Source of the DNA: Octopus sinensis
Lineage: Eukaryota
Reading direction: 5' to 3'
Length of the DNA stretch: 12,677 nucleotides
Assembly (NCBI RefSeq): GCF_006345805.1
Contig: NW_021826514.1
Coordinates: forward strand, 1-12,677
A model generated the notes under the pieces. The model searched no databases. It had not been told where the DNA came from and saw only the letters and a list, made by a program, of their open reading frames with translations. Of this stretch, positions 11,306-12,677 are shown piece after piece. A program made the translations under genes and the position numbers. Numbering within the stretch: the first letter of the stretch is position 1; every line of letters starts with the position of its first letter.

Positions 11306-11728
11306 ACCGTAAAAATTAATACAGAGAGTTGCTTATTTGCAAAAAAAAAAAAAAAAAAAAGAAATATAACATGTGACTTCATTGACCGAGGTTACCGTGG
11401 TCTTTTCCGTAGGCTTTTCTTTCCACGGGTAAACCTCACCTGTCCCCCCCTTTACACTTCATATTGACATTTCTGTGATAACGATCCCTATTGATCAATT
11501 TTTTTCCTCTCCCCTTTTTTTTACCCCCCCTTTTTTTTTGTCCTCTTTCTCTCCTTTTACGATCCCTTTTGATCGACCCCCCTTTTTTTATTTTATTTTT
11601 ATTTTTATTTTATTTTTTCTTATTTTTTTTTTTTTATTTTTTTATTTTTTTATTTTTTTATTTTTTTTAACCTTCAAAGAAAAGCTCTACCTTGTATTTG
11701 TTCTATCTGTGTGCAGCCCTGTGTGGCT

Positions 11729-11734
11729 AATAAA
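11729..11734 (+). promoter_or_regulatory. Polyadenylation signal of the LINE
   Basis: AATAAA 6 nt before the TATC repeat resumes at 11741. Confidence 0.6.
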
Positions 11735-11740
11735 GAAACA

Positions 11741-11781
11741 TATCTATCTATCTATACATATCTATCTATATATATATATAT
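11741..11781. repeat. (TATC)3 plus degenerate TATC/TA repeats, the 3' flank of the LINE
   Basis: TATCTATCTATCTATACATATCTATCTATATATATATATA. Confidence 0.9.
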
Positions 11782-11786
11782 GTACG

Positions 11787-11923
11787 TGGGTTCTTTCATT
11801 TTCCTCTACTAAATCCACTCAAAGGTTTAGTAGAAGACAGTTGCCTAAGGTTCACGCATGGGACTGAACCCAGAACCATGTTGGCGATAAGCAAACTACT
11901 TACCCACAACCCGCCACTCCTAC
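11787..11923 (-). mobile_element. Second tRNA-derived SINE family, decayed and 3'-truncated
   Basis: The minus strand reads GGAGTGGCGGGTTGTGGGTAAGTAGTTTGCTT...GGTTCTGGGTTCAGTCCCATGCGTGAACCTTAGGCAACTGTCTTCTACT...GAGTGGATTT. It has an A-box-like TGGC..GTGG and a B-box-like GGTTCAGTCCC, and resembles an abundant octopus SINE as recalled. Confidence 0.75.
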
Positions 11924-12079
11924 ATATTATTTATTCACGTATGTATATATACATATAGCATTTACATAATATATATTAATATAGAGAGAGAGGAGAGAGA
12001 GATTACAAATAAACAAAAGACAGACAGGTGGTGTAGAAATAACAGATGTCTTAGTATAACACTCAGGAATTGAAAAAGT

Positions 12080-12116
12080 CTTTGACGTTTTCGAGCTTAC
12101 GCTCTTCCAAAGAAAG
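12080..12116 (-). ncRNA. Degenerate minimal type I hammerhead motif (Penelope-type relic)
   Basis: Minus strand CTTT-CTTTGGAA-GAGC-GTAA-GCTC-GAAA-ACGTC-AAAG: stem I CTTT/AAAG, stem II GAGC/GCTC with a GNRA loop, GAAA, palindromic ACGT and a GUC triplet. The core reads CTTTGGA instead of CTGATGA, so it is probably inactive. Confidence 0.5.
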
Positions 12117-12423
12117 GAAACAGAAGAAACAACGAGAGAACAAAATTGTGTAGTGTCTACGATCTATGATGCGATGGTAAATTATCGCCCCCTTTATATT
12201 ATTAGTTTCGCACACGCACTGTTTGTTTTTGATTCTGTCGACTACCACAGTACAGTAGGATCAAGTTGGGCACGTCTATGAGAAAACAGCGTCATGCGCA
12301 GATTCACTCTGCCAGAAATTATAAACAACATGTTGTACTGAGCTGACATTATCGCGCGGAAATTCCAATACGAACATTCAGAATGTTTGGGTGTCATCTG
12401 AGGACAGTGCAACTGAGGACAGG

Positions 12424-12677
12424 CACCGAGATTTATAAAATCACACATCATCGACATTATGTGTTAGGAGTGATCATTAGTGATGGCGACGTATGCCTCC
12501 AGTCATCTAGCCACACGGCCTCAGACTCGACACGGAAGCTAATTACATTGCCTGGAGGGTGGCTACTGAGACCCTATGTCTGGCACCAGTGACTCTGCCT
12601 ATGCACATAAGTCCGAAGGATCCAGTCATGGATGTCAGACAATTTCTGCACTACATCACCCAAACATCTGGCCACCT
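12424..12677 (+). pseudogene. Decayed Tc1/mariner-superfamily transposase catalytic-domain fragment, running off the window end
   Basis: Across frameshifts it reads VLGVIISDGDV, (M)PPVI, HGLRLDTEA, RPYVWHQ-DSA (second Asp at 12591), QSWMSDNF, ITQTSGH/PNIWPP. The terminal IWPP leads into the WPxxSPDLNP motif expected just beyond the window. Confidence 0.72.

Larger units (their letters stand above)
5932..11740 (+). mobile_element. Tx1-like (L1 group) non-LTR retrotransposon, apparently full length
   Basis: Two-ORF layout (CCHC ORF1; APE-RT-CCHC ORF2) with a 49-nt spacer, a ~435-nt 3' UTR with AATAAA at 11729-11734, and TATC repeats on both sides. The Tx1 assignment rests on recalled motifs (PGYWKLN, RPITLLNADLKIL, LSLKGR, AKECIWWTR). 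Boundaries are inferred from the flanking repeats. Confidence 0.88.

Noticed and set aside
12398-12422. CTGAGGACAG direct repeat with a 5-nt spacer
   Set aside because: A single 10-bp duplication next to a decayed transposon; no evidence for a TSD or an array.

Overview
AT-rich, microsatellite-dense animal genomic DNA made almost entirely of repeats; the SINEs and repeat style resemble what I recall from Octopus (not verifiable here). The main feature is a ~5.8 kb, apparently full-length Tx1-like (L1 group) non-LTR retrotransposon (5932-11740, +). Its ORF1 has a CCHC knuckle, its ORF2 has APE, RT and CCHC domains, and it sits between (TATC)n repeats at both ends. ORF2 is broken by about nine 1-2 nt indels in homopolymer or dinucleotide runs and has no nonsense codons once these are corrected, so it may be intact in vivo. 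Just upstream is a ~550 bp non-coding element (5256-5807) containing a complete type I hammerhead ribozyme (5549-5623), 95-bp inverted ends and a 405-nt-period terminal redundancy, i.e. Penelope-like/retrozyme architecture. A second, decayed hammerhead-like motif lies at 12080-12116 (-). Also present: an internally deleted Tigger/pogo element, a Tc1/mariner transposase fragment, two tRNA-type SINEs, a 216-bp inverted-repeat element, and a ~565-bp palindrome centred on (TA)n that may be a fold-back artefact. No host gene could be supported.
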